Notes: generated by a model not told the origin, from the letters alone. A DNA stretch of 63,897 nt from a bacterium (GCA_044869275.1 JBIOXB010000208.1:1-63897); one strand, 5' to 3'; positions 19,919 through 30,218 are shown, numbered from the stretch's first letter. Numbers and translations: made by a program.

Positions 19919-20151
19919 GTGTTGTCATCATGATGAAGAAAAAACGCATCTGCCGTTTCTGCGAAGAAGACGAAATCTACGTCGATTACAAGGACGAAAA
20001 GCGCCTGGTGCGTTTCGTCACGGAACAGGGCAAGATCATTCCGCGCCGCACCTCGGGAACCTGCGCCAACCACCAGCGCATGCTGGTGACGGCCATCAAG
20101 CGTGCGCGGCTATTGGCGCTGATTCCGTTCGTGTTTGATCAAACACGCTAA
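19915..20151 (+). CDS. rpsR: 30S ribosomal protein S18 (zinc-ligand type)
   Basis: [25 protein letters not shown] and AIKRAR. Start may be ATG 19930. Confidence 0.96.
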   Translation: MSVVIMMKKKRICRFCEEDEIYVDYKDEKRLVRFVTEQGKIIPRRTSGTCANHQRMLVTAIKRARLLALIPFVFDQTR

Positions 20152-20276
20152 TGGGATTGGCAGGATTGGTCTCGCCGTAGAGACGCTCCGGCCTGGTTGC
20201 CGGTGCCCTGAATTGCTCTGGAATGACAAGTTTGACCGGAATAAGAAAAATTTTGCATGAAACGAGAGAAGGCCAT

Positions 20277-20720
20277 ATGAAAGTTGTCTTGCGACAGAGT
20301 TTCGAAACCCTCGGCGAAGCCGGGAAAATCGTCAATGTGAAAGACGGCTTTGCCCGTAACTTCCTGCTGCCGCGCGGCATCGCTTTCGAAGCGAATGCGC
20401 GCAATCTCAAGATCTTCGAGCAAGAAAAGAAGCGCCTCGTTACCGTCAAAGAAAAAGAGAAAAAGTCGGCGGAAGTGCTGAAGGCCAAGATGGAGGGAGT
20501 GTCGATCACCGCTACTTTGCCGGTGGGCGAGGACGATCGCGTGTTCGGCTCGGTGACGAATCAAGACGTCGCCGATTTGCTCGCGGCCAAAGGCTTTGAG
20601 ATCGACAAGCGCCGCGTCATTCTGGAAGAGCCGGTCAGAGCGCTGGGCATTTACGAAGTGCCGGTGAAGCTCCACCCCGAGGTCGAATCGAAAGTCAAGC
20701 TTTGGGTGGTGAAGCAATAG
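20277..20720 (+). CDS. rplI: 50S ribosomal protein L9
   Basis: MKVVL, VKDGFARNFLLPRG, FGSVT and LHPEV. Confidence 0.96.
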   Translation: MKVVLRQSFETLGEAGKIVNVKDGFARNFLLPRGIAFEANARNLKIFEQEKKRLVTVKEKEKKSAEVLKAKMEGVSITATLPVGEDDRVFGSVTNQDVADLLAAKGFEIDKRRVILEEPVRALGIYEVPVKLHPEVESKVKLWVVKQ

Positions 20721-21001
20721 CTTTTGCTTCACCTATTGCCGGCCAACGTTTTTCTTTTGGCTTGTGAAAACAAAATAGGGTGTCTGTCGTCTCAATGGCA
20801 GGAGGCCACGTGGTTGGGCCGCGGAGCGTGGCATGAGACGGCAGATGCCCTATTTGTTTGACGGGCCAATTTCGTTTTGTTTTCCAGTTCGGCTCGCCGT
20901 CTTGTATCTCGCGAAATTATTGCTATATTTCTTCATGGCACGGCAATGGCAAACACCACACCCGACACAGCCGTCGCAGCTTTCGCATCAAACACACAGC
21001 C

Positions 21002-21955
21002 ATGCACACTTTTTTCGAAAACCACCGCATCAAGCTCATCGCCCTGATCCTCGCCTCAGTGTTCTGGTTCGTCGTGGCAACGGAAAACGAATACAGCTAT
21101 GATGCCGAAGCGCCGATCTATTTTACCAATCTGCCGGCGCACAAGATCATCGTGGGCGAGGTTCCGGCGACGGCCAAAGTTCGTTTTGCCGGAAAAGGCA
21201 AATCCTTGCTGGCCTTGCTGTTTTATCGCGAGGCGTTCATCGAATTGGACCTTTCTCACGTGCGCCATGAGGCCGAGATCGAATTGACGCACACCATGGT
21301 GCAAGTCGGCCGGCGCGGCATTCCGGTCACGGCCACGCAGGTGCTGGCGCCGCATGCGATTTCGATCAGGCTGGGCAGCTTAAAAGAAAAGGTCGTGCCG
21401 ATCAAAGTGGAGGTCGAGATTCAAACGCCGCCGGGGTATACGCAGGTGGGGGAGATGCAGCTCGAGCCCGATTCCATCACCCTCGCCGGACCGGAAGAGT
21501 TTGTCAAATCTCTGAATGAGATTCGCACCCTGCCACGCGAGTTTCGCAACGTGCGCAATGACTTGGCAGAAGAGCTCGCCCTGCAAACTTTTGCCGATTC
21601 CTTGAAAATCGAAATGCCGTTCAAAACCGTGCGGCTTTCCGCCGAGGTGCAAAAAATAATCGAATTAAACCTGCAGGAAATTCCTGTACGCGTAAGACAC
21701 GTGCCGGCGCACCTCAAAGCCACCGCCGTGCCCTCGACCGTGGCGCTGACGGTCGAAGGCGGCGAGCGCTTGTTGATGCGCCTCAAACGCGAAGACCTTT
21801 CGGCTTATATCGATTACGCGTGCATTCAAGCTTCCGAGGTTGCCGGGCATCCCCTCTCCATTGAAGCGCCACCGGGCGTGCGCTGCCGCAACATGAGGCC
21901 AAGCTTGTTCAAATTGATGATGGAACGCAACTCCAATGATTCTACTCGCCATTGA
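21002..21955 (+). CDS. YbbR/CdaR-like domain membrane-anchored protein
   Basis: N-terminal KLIALILASVFWFVV anchor and repeated beta-rich YbbR-type units (EPDSITLAGP, PSTVALTVEG). Confidence 0.75.
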   Translation: MHTFFENHRIKLIALILASVFWFVVATENEYSYDAEAPIYFTNLPAHKIIVGEVPATAKVRFAGKGKSLLALLFYREAFIELDLSHVRHEAEIELTHTMVQVGRRGIPVTATQVLAPHAISIRLGSLKEKVVPIKVEVEIQTPPGYTQVGEMQLEPDSITLAGPEEFVKSLNEIRTLPREFRNVRNDLAEELALQTFADSLKIEMPFKTVRLSAEVQKIIELNLQEIPVRVRHVPAHLKATAVPSTVALTVEGGERLLMRLKREDLSAYIDYACIQASEVAGHPLSIEAPPGVRCRNMRPSLFKLMMERNSNDSTRH

Positions 21956-23033
21956 AACTTCCTGCGATGAAACCTGCGCTGCGGTGAGAGCCGAGGGCAG
22001 GCTGCTTTCCAATGTCATTGCCGCGCAGGAAGTCCACCAGCAATACGGCGGCGTGGTGCCGGAATTGGCCTCGCGTGCGCACCTGCAACACATTTCCGGC
22101 GTGGTGCGCGCGGCATTGGAGCGCGCGCAGGTTCGCGCGCAGGATTTGGAAGCTCTGGCCGTCACCCATGGACCGGGCTTGATCGGCTCTCTGCTGGTGG
22201 GCGTCAGTTTTGGCAAGGGTTTGGCACTGGACTTGAACGTGCCGCTCATGGGCATCAACCATCTTGAAGGACATCTCTTTTCCAGCAATATCGATGCGGG
22301 CGGCCCGGAGCCCCCGTTCTTGGTCCTGATCATCTCCGGCGGCCATTCCATTTTGGCGTTGGTGAAGGCCTGGGGCGAGTACGAAATCTTGGGCGAAACC
22401 CAGGACGATGCCGCCGGCGAAGCCTTTGACAAAGTCGCGCGCATTTTGGGATTGCCCTATCCCGGAGGGCCGCAAATTGAAAAGCTCGCTGCGCTTGGAG
22501 ATGCCGAGGCGGTTACTTTTCCGGTCGCGCGCTTGAAAGATGCGCCGTACGATTTCAGTTTTAGCGGGCTGAAAACGGCGGTGTTGTACTACTGGCGGGA
22601 AAAAACCGCGGCCTCGGCACCGGGCGCTTCTTTGCCGGAACTCTCACAGCTCAAAGCTGACATTGCCGCTTCGTTCCAAAAAGCGCTGATTGCGGCGCTC
22701 TTGGAAACAACCGCGCGCGCGCATGCACGCTGGCCCGTAACCGCGGTTGCACTCGCCGGCGGGGTGGCGTGCAATCAAGCATTGCGTACGGCCTTGATGG
22801 AGTTGGGCCGGCAGCGCGACTTCAGATTATTTTATCCGCCGCCGGCTTATTGCACGGACAACGCCGCCATGATCGCCCGCGCGGCGGAATTCTATTTTGA
22901 ACGCGATCACACCCACATGCGTCTGCTTGCTCAGAATGATCTTCAACTTTCGCCGCAACCCGGGTTGAGATTGGTTTCAACTTCTGGAATGACAAGCACC
23001 GCGTTCTTCACCGAAATCCCCTCACAACCGTGA
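21936..23033 (+). CDS. tsaD: tRNA N6-adenosine threonylcarbamoyltransferase
   Basis: LAIETSCDET, GGVVPELASRAH, NHLEGH, DDAAGEAFDK, FSFSGLKT and CTDNAAMI. Confidence 0.97.
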   Translation: MILLAIETSCDETCAAVRAEGRLLSNVIAAQEVHQQYGGVVPELASRAHLQHISGVVRAALERAQVRAQDLEALAVTHGPGLIGSLLVGVSFGKGLALDLNVPLMGINHLEGHLFSSNIDAGGPEPPFLVLIISGGHSILALVKAWGEYEILGETQDDAAGEAFDKVARILGLPYPGGPQIEKLAALGDAEAVTFPVARLKDAPYDFSFSGLKTAVLYYWREKTAASAPGASLPELSQLKADIAASFQKALIAALLETTARAHARWPVTAVALAGGVACNQALRTALMELGRQRDFRLFYPPPAYCTDNAAMIARAAEFYFERDHTHMRLLAQNDLQLSPQPGLRLVSTSGMTSTAFFTEIPSQP

Positions 23034-23060
23034 GCGGCACGTTCTGGCACTGAAACGCGC

Positions 23061-25235
23061 ATGAATATTGATCTGAAATTCTCCGTCTCCGCTTTCTATC
23101 CCTTCCTGTTTTTGCTGCTTGCTTTTCTGTTCACGTGGTTCATTTATCGCCGCACCACGCCGCCGGTATCGAACTTCCTGCGCCGCTTCCTGGCGGCATT
23201 GCGGGGCTTCGCACTGGCGGCCGCGTTGCTGCTCTTGTTCGAGCCGATTCTGGGCCTGGCATTCCAGCGCTTGCAACAGCCCGCGGTCGCCGTCTTGCTC
23301 GATCGTTCCGCAAGCATGACCTTGCGTGACTCCACTGGCACACGCGCCGAAAAAGCGCTCGCCGCGCTGGCCATGCCCTGGGCGGAGCGGCTGCGCGAAA
23401 GGTCCGAGCTTTCTTTTTTCACTTTCAGCGACAGCTTGCGGGCCCTTGCCCCGGATTCGGTCACCCATATTGCCTTCAATGGCGATGGCACCAATTTGTC
23501 CGAAGCTTTGCAGAGTGCCAAAACCAAACTGTCGAACCAGGAATATCGCGCCGCGATTCTGCTCAGTGACGGTGCGCACAATCTCGGCAGCCATCCCGTG
23601 CGTACGGCGGAGGCCTATGGGGTGCCCATTCTCGCGGTTCGTCTTGGCGTGGACTCTCGCTCGCGCGACGCCCTGATCAGTGAGGTGCTGACCAACGAAA
23701 TTGCTTACGCGGAAACGCAATTACCGGTGGAAATCTCCGTGACGGCCAGCGGATTTGCCGGGCGGAAAACCAAACTTCACATCTTCGAGGGTGAAAGAGA
23801 AGTCGCCTCGCAAGACCTTTCCTTGCCTGCGGATGACACCCAGATCACCGCGAAAATCACGCTCACGCCCAAACAGCCCGGTCTCAATCGCTACACGGTC
23901 AGGCTGCAATCACTCGAGGGCGAGCAGACGCTGGAGAATAATCGCCGCGCTTTTTATGTTCGCGTGCTGAAAAGCAAGCTGAATCTATGGATTTTTGCGG
24001 GCGCGCCTGCGGCAGATTATGCTTTTCTCAAGCGCGCGCTGGCAGGCGACCCAAATTATCAAGTGCGCGGCTTTGTGCAACGCCCCGGCGGTGGTTTTTA
24101 TCGTTCTCAAGATCTCGCTGAGCCCGCATTCGGAAATGCCACCTCTTGGCAGGACGTTGATGGCCTCATTTTAATTGATTTCCCGCGCCGCGATTCCGAC
24201 CCCGCATTGCTGGAAATGATCAAAACGCAATTGCTCAATCACAGCAAGCCGCTTTTTTATATGCACGGCCCGAACGTCGATCCGTCCCTGCTTTGGCAGT
24301 TGCGTGGCGCTTTGCCTTTGGCCACTCCCGTGGCGTTGAGCAATGAACGCAACCTCGCTTTGCGGGTGGAGCCGGGCGGCCTGGCGCATCCGATCACGCG
24401 GCCGTTGGTCGAAGCGCAAACCGCCGGTGAGGACTTGCCGCCGCTCTTCACCAACGTGAATCCCACCCGTGCCGTTGCCGGAACCGAAGTGTTGATGAGC
24501 GCCCTTCGCGGCAGTGGCAGGCAAGCTGCCGGTGAGCCCCTGTGGCTCGCGCAAAAAAATGCGGCGCGTAAGACTTTGTCCATTTTTTCTTATGGCTTGT
24601 GGCGCTGGCATTTGATGCTGCAATCGGTGCCGGCCAAAGCGGAAGTGTACGATCAAATCATGCGCGGCGCCGTGCGCTGGCTGGTGACCAAGGAAGACGC
24701 CAAGCTGGTGCGTATCACCAGCAACAAAGAAATCTACCGCGGCGGAGAGCAAATTGAATTGCAGGCGCAGGTGTATCGCGAAGATTACGTCCCGCTCGAA
24801 GGCGCGCACGTGCAGGTGCAGGTCGGCGGACCGCAATGGCAGCAGGACGTGATTCTGCAGGACGCCGGGAGCGGTTTGTATCGCGCACGCCTGCAGGTTT
24901 TGAGTGGAGGCGAGTATCAATTTCACGGCACCGCGGAATTGGAGGGCAAGAAACTCGGTGAAGATTCCGGCAAATTTTCCGTCGAGCCGTTCAGCTTGGA
25001 GTTTTTGCAGACGCGCGTGAACGAGCCGCTGCTGCGCCAGCTCGCGGAAGCGAGCGGCGGTGCTTATCTGCCGCCGGATAGCCTGGAACAAGCTATTGCA
25101 CGCTTGCCGCTCGAGCCGGTGATCAAACATGAAGAGCGCGATTTCGCCTTTTGGGGGAAGCTGCCGGTGCTATTTGTGCTATTGTTGACCCTGGCAGCCG
25201 AATGGTTTTTGCGAAAGCGAGAGGGGATGCTGTGA
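23061..25235 (+). CDS. VWA domain-containing membrane protein
   Basis: N-terminal TMs, MIDAS-like LLDRSASM and LLSDG, and C-terminal EWFLRKREGM tail. Confidence 0.8.
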   Translation: MNIDLKFSVSAFYPFLFLLLAFLFTWFIYRRTTPPVSNFLRRFLAALRGFALAAALLLLFEPILGLAFQRLQQPAVAVLLDRSASMTLRDSTGTRAEKALAALAMPWAERLRERSELSFFTFSDSLRALAPDSVTHIAFNGDGTNLSEALQSAKTKLSNQEYRAAILLSDGAHNLGSHPVRTAEAYGVPILAVRLGVDSRSRDALISEVLTNEIAYAETQLPVEISVTASGFAGRKTKLHIFEGEREVASQDLSLPADDTQITAKITLTPKQPGLNRYTVRLQSLEGEQTLENNRRAFYVRVLKSKLNLWIFAGAPAADYAFLKRALAGDPNYQVRGFVQRPGGGFYRSQDLAEPAFGNATSWQDVDGLILIDFPRRDSDPALLEMIKTQLLNHSKPLFYMHGPNVDPSLLWQLRGALPLATPVALSNERNLALRVEPGGLAHPITRPLVEAQTAGEDLPPLFTNVNPTRAVAGTEVLMSALRGSGRQAAGEPLWLAQKNAARKTLSIFSYGLWRWHLMLQSVPAKAEVYDQIMRGAVRWLVTKEDAKLVRITSNKEIYRGGEQIELQAQVYREDYVPLEGAHVQVQVGGPQWQQDVILQDAGSGLYRARLQVLSGGEYQFHGTAELEGKKLGEDSGKFSVEPFSLEFLQTRVNEPLLRQLAEASGGAYLPPDSLEQAIARLPLEPVIKHEERDFAFWGKLPVLFVLLLTLAAEWFLRKREGML

Positions 25236-25287
25236 AGGATTCGAACGCGCGACCGAAGCGTCTTGGCGAATATCGGGAGGGCATGAA

Positions 25288-26499
25288 ATGTTTTCTCAAA
25301 GGCTGCGCTGGCCCCTCGCGGCCAATCGACTCCATCGTGTGCTGGAAGAGAAGAGATCGGCCAGTGCTGCGATTTTGGATTTGACGGAATCGAACCCCAC
25401 GCGCGCGGGCTTGATTTATGATGAGGGTGTGCTGTTGCGCGCCGGGGGAGATTCGCAGGTGCTGCTCTACGAGCCCGACTCTCATGGCATGCTGCCGGCG
25501 CGCGAAGCGGTGGCGGGTTATTATGCGGATCATGGGATGGCCATCGCTCCGGAGGCGCTATTTCTCACCGCGAGCACGAGCGAAGCATATGGCTATCTCT
25601 TCAAGTTACTCGCCGATCCCGATGCTGAAATACTCTCGCCTTCGCCGAGTTACCCCTTATTGGATTTTCTTACAGCCCTGGAAGCAGTGCAGTTGCGGCA
25701 TTATCTGCTGCGATATGATTCTCAACGGGGCTGGCACATTGACTTGAACACGCTGGAAAACGTCATCACCACCAAAACCAAAGCGATCGTGCTGGTGCAT
25801 CCCCATAACCCCACGGGCGCATTTGTCAAACCGGAGGAAGTGGCGCGCTTGAATGCCTTGTGCCGCGAGCACGATCTTGCCTTGATTTGCGACGAAGTGT
25901 TTCTGGATTATGCCGTTGTGAACGATCAACGGCGGCCGGCTTCGCTGGTTTCGAATCGCGAGGCCTTGACTTTCGTGCTGAGCGGGCTTTCCAAAATATC
26001 TGCGCTGCCGCAAATGAAACTGGCTTGGATTCACGTCAATGGGCCGGAGGCGTTGCGCGAACAGGCGTGCGCGCGGCTCGAATTCATCGCCGACACCTAT
26101 CTTTCAGCCGGCACTGCGGTCCAGCTCGCGGCGAGAAAACTGCTCGCCCTGCGCCATGAGATGCAGCAACAAATCCGCGCACGCACCGAAGCAAATTATG
26201 TCTATTTGCTCGAATCCTGCCGGGCCCGGCAAGAGGGCAAGGTGCTGTTGCGCGAAGCTGGGTGGTATGCCATTCTGAAAATATCGCCGGAGATTTCAGA
26301 GGAAGAGCTTGCCGTAGACTTGTTGCAACGCGACGAGGTGTTCGTCCATCCAGGCTATTTTTTTGATTTTCCGCAGGCCGGATTTCTGGTGTTGAGCTTG
26401 TTGGCGCCGGCCGAGGTTTTTCAAGAAGGCGTGGAGCGAGTGCTCGCCCGTTTGCATGGCGCCAGCATCCGAAAATCGAAAATAGAAAATCGAGGATAG
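25288..26499 (+). CDS. PLP-dependent aminotransferase class I/II
   Basis: DLTESNPT, HPHNPTG, DEVF and SGLSK (PLP lysine). Confidence 0.9.
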   Translation: MFSQRLRWPLAANRLHRVLEEKRSASAAILDLTESNPTRAGLIYDEGVLLRAGGDSQVLLYEPDSHGMLPAREAVAGYYADHGMAIAPEALFLTASTSEAYGYLFKLLADPDAEILSPSPSYPLLDFLTALEAVQLRHYLLRYDSQRGWHIDLNTLENVITTKTKAIVLVHPHNPTGAFVKPEEVARLNALCREHDLALICDEVFLDYAVVNDQRRPASLVSNREALTFVLSGLSKISALPQMKLAWIHVNGPEALREQACARLEFIADTYLSAGTAVQLAARKLLALRHEMQQQIRARTEANYVYLLESCRARQEGKVLLREAGWYAILKISPEISEEELAVDLLQRDEVFVHPGYFFDFPQAGFLVLSLLAPAEVFQEGVERVLARLHGASIRKSKIENRG

Positions 26500-26569
26500 A
26501 AAATGCTCGAGTTTGCTGCAATCAGTTTTTATCCTCTATCTTCGATCCTCCATTCTCAATCTTCTATCT
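26471..26569. repeat. Inverted heptamer array, CNATCYT family
   Basis: GAAAATC GAAAATA GAAAATC GAGGATA ... CTATCTT CGATCCT CCATTCT CAATCTT. Confidence 0.8.
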
Positions 26570-26584
26570 GCCGTCGTCGCCCAA

Positions 26585-27301
26585 TCAACTCGCCCCATAA
26601 ACCGGCACAGCCGCGGCGTTGATGTCGCGCCCCTCAACCTCGCTGGCCAAAAACAGGATGACCTGCGCAATGCTCTCCGGCTGGACGAATTTCGAGTGCT
26701 CGGCGGGGGGAATGGCCTGGCGATTGGCCGGAGTGTCGATCATGCCCGGCAGCACAACGTTGGCCGTGATATTCTTGCCTTTCACTTCTTGCGCAATGGC
26801 TTTGGTCAAAGTCAAAACGCCGGCTTTGGAAACGGCATAGGCGGACACGCCCGCGCCCACTTCAATGGCGCCGCGCGAGGAGGTGTTCACAATGCGGCCA
26901 TAGTTGTTTTTCAGCATATGCGCCAAAACCGCCTGGCAAGTGAGAAAGGTCGATTTGAGATTCAAATTCAGCATGCGATCCCAATCCGCTTCGGGAAGGC
27001 CCGCCACATTCACCCCGCCGGCAAATCCTCCGACGAGATTGACCAAAATGTCGATGCGCCCAAATTGCGCCAGCGTTTGATCGACGAGATTGCGCACCTC
27101 CGCGGATTTGGTCACATCCGCTTGCACCCCCGCCAATCTCGCTTTTTCTACACCCCGCATGTTCTGCAATTCACGGAAGCCGGCTTCGCTGTGATAAGTC
27201 GTCATCACGCGCGCGCCTTTGTTCAAAAACATTTGTGAGACGGCGCTGCCGAGTGCGCCGGTACCACCGGTGATGAGGGCAACACGATTGTCGAAGCTCA
27301 T
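26585..27301 (-). CDS. SDR family oxidoreductase
   Basis: TGGTGALG, catalytic YAVSK and PGMIDT. Confidence 0.92.
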   Translation of the reverse strand: MSFDNRVALITGGTGALGSAVSQMFLNKGARVMTTYHSEAGFRELQNMRGVEKARLAGVQADVTKSAEVRNLVDQTLAQFGRIDILVNLVGGFAGGVNVAGLPEADWDRMLNLNLKSTFLTCQAVLAHMLKNNYGRIVNTSSRGAIEVGAGVSAYAVSKAGVLTLTKAIAQEVKGKNITANVVLPGMIDTPANRQAIPPAEHSKFVQPESIAQVILFLASEVEGRDINAAAVPVYGAS

Positions 27302-27577
27302 ATGCCACTCTCCTGTTGAGTTTTATTGCCGGAAGGAAATGCAACAACGTCGCCGCGCCATTCAAAAATTCCCAAACCTCAGGCCTTGATGAACCAATGC
27401 TGTAGGCCATTTTACCAAGATTCTGGCAAAATGACAAGCCCGGTCATGCGCGGGGGATTTTGCGATTCTCAGGTGAAATGCTATATTGCATTGGTCGAAA
27501 TGGCAAGGGATTCCTTGCAAAGACTTGCGGTCCATTTTCTTGCGTATCGCAAGCCAGATTGATTCGGAGGAGGAAGG

Positions 27578-28558
27578 ATGATCGCTTTTATCACCGGTGG
27601 CACGGGTTTTATTGGCAGCACGTTGGTGGAAGAATTGGTCAAATCCGGGTGGCAAGTGCATTGTTTGGTGCGCTCGCCGCATGCTTTAAAATGGCTGAAA
27701 AGCGTGCCGGTGCAGCTTGTGCACGGCGACATGTTTGCGGAGAAGATTCTCGCGGAAACCGTCGCGCAAGCGACGCACGTGTTCCATTTGGCCGGCCTGA
27801 CCAAAGCCTTGACTTCGGCGCAATACTTTCAGGCGAATGGCGTGGCCACACGCAAGCTCTTAAAGATCTGCGCGCAGCAGGCGAAACACCTGCAACGCTT
27901 TGTCTACGCCTCGAGCATCGCCGCGGCGGGGCCGAGCCGCAACGGCCGGCCGGTGCGCGAAGAAGAAACGCCGCAGCCGGTATCCGTGTATGGCCTCTCG
28001 AAACTGGCCGGTGAGACGGCGTGCGCGGAATTCGTGCAACAATTGCCGATCACGGTCGTGCGCCCACCCGTGGTTTACGGGCCGCGCGATCGCGACGTGT
28101 ATCAATACTTCAAGCAAGTCAAATGGGGAATTCGCTTGCGGCCGGGCCTGCAAAAGCGCTACACCAGCTTGGTCCACGTGCAGGACTTGGTGCGCGGCAT
28201 GGTCGCCGCCGCACAGCATCCGCAGGCAGTGGGCGAAACTTTTTTCCTCACGAATCCCGAGTCTTACGAGTGGTCGCAATTGGGCCTCGCGATCGCGCGG
28301 GCGATGCAGCGCAAGACCATTTCGATTCCGATTCCGCTCGGAATTACGCCTGTGGTTGCCGCAGCCGGTGAGACGATCGCGAAAATCACGCGCCGTCCGG
28401 CACTTTTGAATTTTGACAAAGTACGGGAGATGCGCGAGACGCATTGGGTTTGTAGCGCCGAGAAAGCGCGACAGCAACTGGGGTTCACCACGGCGCTCAC
28501 GCTGGAAGAAGGATTGCGCCAAACGGTACAATGGTATCGTGAGCAAGGGTGGCTGTGA
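27578..28558 (+). CDS. NAD-dependent epimerase/dehydratase family protein
   Basis: TGGTGFIG, HLAG, YGLSK and RPPVVYGPRD. Confidence 0.92.
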   Translation: MIAFITGGTGFIGSTLVEELVKSGWQVHCLVRSPHALKWLKSVPVQLVHGDMFAEKILAETVAQATHVFHLAGLTKALTSAQYFQANGVATRKLLKICAQQAKHLQRFVYASSIAAAGPSRNGRPVREEETPQPVSVYGLSKLAGETACAEFVQQLPITVVRPPVVYGPRDRDVYQYFKQVKWGIRLRPGLQKRYTSLVHVQDLVRGMVAAAQHPQAVGETFFLTNPESYEWSQLGLAIARAMQRKTISIPIPLGITPVVAAAGETIAKITRRPALLNFDKVREMRETHWVCSAEKARQQLGFTTALTLEEGLRQTVQWYREQGWL

Positions 28559-28613
28559 ACAACGAAAAGGTTTTTGGCATGCGGGAGGCTCCTGCATGCC
28601 CGGGCCGGAATAT

Positions 28614-28651
28614 AAAAAAGAAGAGCACGGTCTCGCTCAACCGTGCTCTTC
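28614..28651 (-). terminator. Intrinsic terminator downstream of the LysM gene
   Basis: GAAGAGCACGGT/ACCGTGCTCTTC stem followed by a T-run on the minus strand. Confidence 0.7.
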
Positions 28652-28899
28652 GCGGGTAGGGAGCGCGGGAGCCGGCAGCCAGGGGAAACCGCCGACTCGT
28701 CCGCTGAGGATTTGGAGGAGATTTTTTGCCGTTTCACTTCATTTGTTGCGCACCCCGCGCAAGTCAATCTTAAGGTGGCAGTTCGAGCGGGCGCGAGGCG
28801 TGTAGTTCAATTCCGCTCCTGTGGTCTGTGCGGAAGGGAGCGATCGCCGACCATTGCCTCCGAAGGCAAGAATCCTTCGACGCGCCGCGATCATGTCGA

Positions 28900-29595
28900 T
28901 CAAGCGGCGGCGCCTTCCTGTTTGCGCGGCATCAGGGGCCGGCGATCGCTCGGAAAATTTCGACGCTCTCCATTCTTCACGGAGGCTTCTTCGCTTTCGA
29001 GCTTTTCTTTCTCTTCCTGGCGCTTGCGGTAAAAGACAAATCCAATCACACCACCCAACGCAATCAATCCTAGAATCACCCAGAACCAGCCATCGCTCGT
29101 GGTCTCTTCCTGAGGCGGCTGCACGGCGGTTACGCCAGTTGGTTCAGTTGTGGCCGGCGGTGCCGTTACGGTTGCCGGTTCTGGTGCGGGCACAGGGTTA
29201 TTCGCATCTAAATCGCTCACAGGTTGCGTGCTGGTCACCGCCGGCGTGGTGTTGGCGTTTCCGACTTGCGCTGTCTGCGCCTTTACAATTTCATTCACGC
29301 GCGAGAGTGTGCGCGCACGCCGCAGTTCTTGCAGCACATTTGCGGCCGGCAACAAAACCTGCTCGCCCGGCTGGATATGGTTGGGCTTGGGCGCGCGATT
29401 GATCAGCGCCAGCTCCCGCCAATAATTCACCTCGCCATAGTTTTCCTTCGCGAGCCTGCTCAAGGACTCCCCTTTCTGCACCACGTGCACGCGCGGGGCG
29501 TCCAGCCAATGTAAGCGTCCCAACAACTCTTCATGCTGCGAAAAGAGCACGAAGAAGCCGGTACAGCAGATCATGAAAAACAGCAACTTTTTCAT
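28900..29595 (-). CDS. LysM peptidoglycan-binding protein with C-terminal TM anchor
   Basis: Signal-like N-terminus, LysM (HVVQKGESLSRLA..YWRELALIN..IQPGEQVLLP), Pro/Thr linker, TM and basic tail. Confidence 0.85.
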   Translation of the reverse strand: MKKLLFFMICCTGFFVLFSQHEELLGRLHWLDAPRVHVVQKGESLSRLAKENYGEVNYWRELALINRAPKPNHIQPGEQVLLPAANVLQELRRARTLSRVNEIVKAQTAQVGNANTTPAVTSTQPVSDLDANNPVPAPEPATVTAPPATTEPTGVTAVQPPQEETTSDGWFWVILGLIALGGVIGFVFYRKRQEEKEKLESEEASVKNGERRNFPSDRRPLMPRKQEGAAA

Positions 29596-29686
29596 GACGA
29601 TCTCCTTAGTTTGTTGAAATGAGGTATAAGGCTTATCATTCTTCGAACATGACGATGCCTGCTGAGACCGTGCGCCGAAAACGGGA

Positions 29687-29965
29687 CTAAGTTTCCTCTA
29701 CATCAAACCCGCGTCGTTCCAGAAACAAGCGCCGCAAACTTTGAAACAACAGCAGCGCGATGCCGGAAAATAATATTCCCATCAAGAAGACCTTGTTCTG
29801 CAACCCGGGCATGTTCTGGCCCGTCATCGTGCCGGCAGCGGCTGCCGCAATGCCGATGGGATAATTGAATACTCGCAGCCAGCTTGAATGGCGTTCCATC
29901 AAGTTGAACATGTGACCCATCAGCCAGCCGAGTAATCCAGAGATGAAAATGGGCAGAGCGTTCAT
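29687..29965 (-). CDS. Small membrane protein (GlsB/YeaQ/YmgE-like)
   Basis: 92 aa with three hydrophobic Gly-rich segments and an AAGGA RBS. The family assignment is by resemblance only. Confidence 0.6.
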   Translation of the reverse strand: MNALPIFISGLLGWLMGHMFNLMERHSSWLRVFNYPIGIAAAAAGTMTGQNMPGLQNKVFLMGILFSGIALLLFQSLRRLFLERRGFDVEET

Positions 29966-30073
29966 TTGTAATTCCTTTGCGATTGGCGACTTCCGTGCAA
30001 TGATCGAAAATTAGCATGAATGATGAATATCGCACTCAAGCGTTGCAGAGATTTCTGCGATGCAAGGTCATTA

Positions 30074-30090
30074 TGCAAAGGGATTGCCAA
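30074..30090 (-). promoter_or_regulatory. Sigma54 (-24/-12) promoter
   Basis: Minus strand reads TTGGCAATCCCTTTGCA, an exact GG-N10-GC spacing, pointing at the 29965 gene. Confidence 0.75.
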
Positions 30091-30218
30091 ACTTTTTGAA
30101 GGGATGCGGGCAAGGTGAAATGCCCGATCTCAATAAGGAGAATCAGGGAGTTATGGCGGAGAAAAACTTGGGGATAGTCGTGTGCCGCCGGCCGGCGCAG
30201 AAGCGGGGAAACTGGAAT

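Noticed and set aside
27326..27350. CCGGAAGGAA resembling the SRP RNA loop
   Set aside because: It lacks the flanking CAGG/AGCAG motif and the long stem.
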